DNA of 63,447 nucleotides, the filler included, from Reclinomonas americana ATCC 50394 (taxonomy: Eukaryota): assembly GCA_048213135.1 (NCBI GenBank). It is 15 parts of 15 records of this genome, joined end to end, with 100 filler letters (N's around TTAATTAATTAA, not from the genome) between each part and the next. Parts side by side here need not be neighbours in the genome. Positions count along the whole stretch, not along the records: positions 62,070 to 63,447 come from AFZH01022074.1; 14 more parts are not named here. One strand, given 5' to 3'. Below are positions 62,070-63,447 of the stretch, in pieces. The notes under the pieces are model-generated. The model ran no database searches. It had not been told where the DNA came from and saw nothing but the letters and a program-made list of their open reading frames with translations. The translations under genes were made by a program, and so were the position numbers. How positions within the stretch are numbered: position 1 is the stretch's first letter; every line of letters starts with the position of its first letter.

Positions 62070-63032
62070 GCATTCGCCGGGTTGCTGATCGCAGGCGCCC
62101 CAGCTGTGCTGGCCCAGCAGAAGACGCCGGTGCTGCGCTACGGCCACATGAATTCACCGACGCATATCGTCAATCTCGGTGGGCAGCGCCTGAAGGCGGC
62201 GATGGAGAAGGCATCCGGCGGAGGCGTGCAGATCGACCTGTTCCCGAGCGCCCAGCTCGGCGAGAACTCGGCGGTGCTCGAGCAGCTCACCCTCGGCTCC
62301 AACATCATCACCCAGGTCGGTCCCGGCACGATCGCGCAATATGTGCCGAACTATGCGGTGATGGTGCACCCGTTCCTGTTCAAGAGCTGGGACGAGGTCA
62401 AGAAGGTCGCGAATTCCGAGCTCGTGAAGGGCTGGGAGAAGGACCTCGTCAAGCACAACATCAAGCCGCTCTGCTTCTTCAACTTCGGCACACGCGATCT
62501 CTACACCCGCAACAAGGCGGTGAAGACACCAGCTGATTCCGCTGGCCTGAAGATCCGCGTCCAGCCGGTCGCGATCTATACAGAGCTGGTCAAGTCAATG
62601 GGCGGGCAACCGACGCCGATGCCCTGGCCGGAGGTTTACAGCGCCCTGTCGCAGGGCGTGATCGACTCGGCCGAGGCGCCGCCGAACGCGATCATAGACC
62701 AGAAGCATTTCGAGGCGGCCAAGTTCTACATGAAGACCAACCACATCCTCGACGCGTCGGTGGTGGTGATGAGCCTGCGCGCCTTCAACGCGCTGAACGC
62801 CGAGCAGAAGAAGACGCTGGAAAGTGAGGCCAACGCCGCCTGTGACTGGATGACCGAGGAATCGAACAAGGTCTATGACAGCTCCGTCGCCGAGCTCGAG
62901 AAGCGCGGCATGACCATCGTGACCGATGTCGACCGCACCGCTTTCGAGAAATCGGCGGAGTCGATCCAGAAGGCTTTTCCGGCCTGGTCGCCCAATCTCG
63001 TCGCCGATATCCGCAAGCAGCTCGGACGCTGA
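62070..63032 (+). CDS. dctP: Bacterial TRAP transporter substrate-binding protein (5' truncated)
   Basis: Signal peptide remnant, FPSAQLG, GLKIRVQ, PTPMPWPEVYSALSQGVID. Intronless with high GC3. Confidence 0.93.
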   Translation, partial: AFAGLLIAGAPAVLAQQKTPVLRYGHMNSPTHIVNLGGQRLKAAMEKASGGGVQIDLFPSAQLGENSAVLEQLTLGSNIITQVGPGTIAQYVPNYAVMVHPFLFKSWDEVKKVANSELVKGWEKDLVKHNIKPLCFFNFGTRDLYTRNKAVKTPADSAGLKIRVQPVAIYTELVKSMGGQPTPMPWPEVYSALSQGVIDSAEAPPNAIIDQKHFEAAKFYMKTNHILDASVVVMSLRAFNALNAEQKKTLESEANAACDWMTEESNKVYDSSVAELEKRGMTIVTDVDRTAFEKSAESIQKAFPAWSPNLVADIRKQLGR

Positions 63033-63041
63033 GCCGAAGAC

Positions 63042-63067
63042 TGGCCGGGCCTTCAAGCGCCCGGCCA
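63042..63067 (+). other. Intergenic stem-loop (tggccgggc / gcccggcca)
   Basis: Perfect 9-bp inverted repeat after the dctP stop. No U-tract, so an mRNA-stabilising hairpin is more likely than a terminator. Confidence 0.5.
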
Positions 63068-63082
63068 ATACGGAGCCCGATC

Positions 63083-63447
63083 GTGACAGACGACAATGAC
63101 GCCACCAGCCGCTACCGCGCCCCTGCGCTCGAAAAGGGGCTCGACATCATCGAGCTCCTGGCGAGCTCGGCCAACGGCATGTCGCTGACGACGATCGCCA
63201 GCACGCTCGGCCGCTCCATGGGCGAGATCTACCGGATCGCGCTCGCGCTCGAGGCGCGCGGCTATATCCGGCGCGACCAGGATTCCGACCTGTATGCCCT
63301 GACACTCAAGCTCTTCGAATTGTCGCACGAGAATCCGCCGACCAACCGGCTGCTCTCGGTTGCGCTGCCGCTGATGGAGAAGCTCGCGGCCGACGCCCAG
63401 CAATCCTGCCATCTCGCCGTGCTCAGCGGCGCGCGCGTCCTGATCGT
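63083..63447 (+). CDS. Bacterial IclR-family transcriptional regulator (3' truncated; absent from the ORF track)
   Basis: GGAG RBS and GTG start. YRAPALEKGLDIIELLA...SLTTIASTLGRSMGEIYRIALALEARGYI HTH, then QQSCHLAVL. Confidence 0.9.
   Translation, partial: MTDDNDATSRYRAPALEKGLDIIELLASSANGMSLTTIASTLGRSMGEIYRIALALEARGYIRRDQDSDLYALTLKLFELSHENPPTNRLLSVALPLMEKLAADAQQSCHLAVLSGARVLI

Overview
This window is a chain of 15 contigs joined by 14 artificial 100-nt spacers (N44-TTAATTAATTAA-N44). Several genes run across the spacers, so much of it is one ordered scaffold. Contigs 1-14 come from an intron-rich, microsatellite-rich microbial eukaryote that I cannot name. It uses the standard code, is flagellated (LC4-like and RSP14-like genes) and probably has a mitochondrial genome. 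Manual splicing gives two NACHT-pentapeptide-WD40 (NLR-like) genes plus a third WD40 fragment, an R3H+2H phosphoesterase, a 47-aa microprotein, a Gemin6-TGS1 fusion, a KDZ-like transposase fragment, OSCA/CSC1, RpiB, eRF3, a SYP7-type SNARE, Mus81, an EF-hand protein and two hypothetical proteins. The last contig (62070-63447) is bacterial (TRAP DctP plus IclR). Three observations stand out. (1) When an exon does not end in G, the intron almost always starts GTTnnG, a +1-shifted donor (27 of 28 traced cases). (2) A Gemin6-like domain is joined in frame by splicing to the snRNA cap hypermethylase TGS1. (3) One NLR-like receptor carries a ubiquitin-like LxLxGG site directly before a myristoylation-type GCCAS motif, plus 14 highly conserved WD40 repeats. 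All gene models are manual and lack transcript support.
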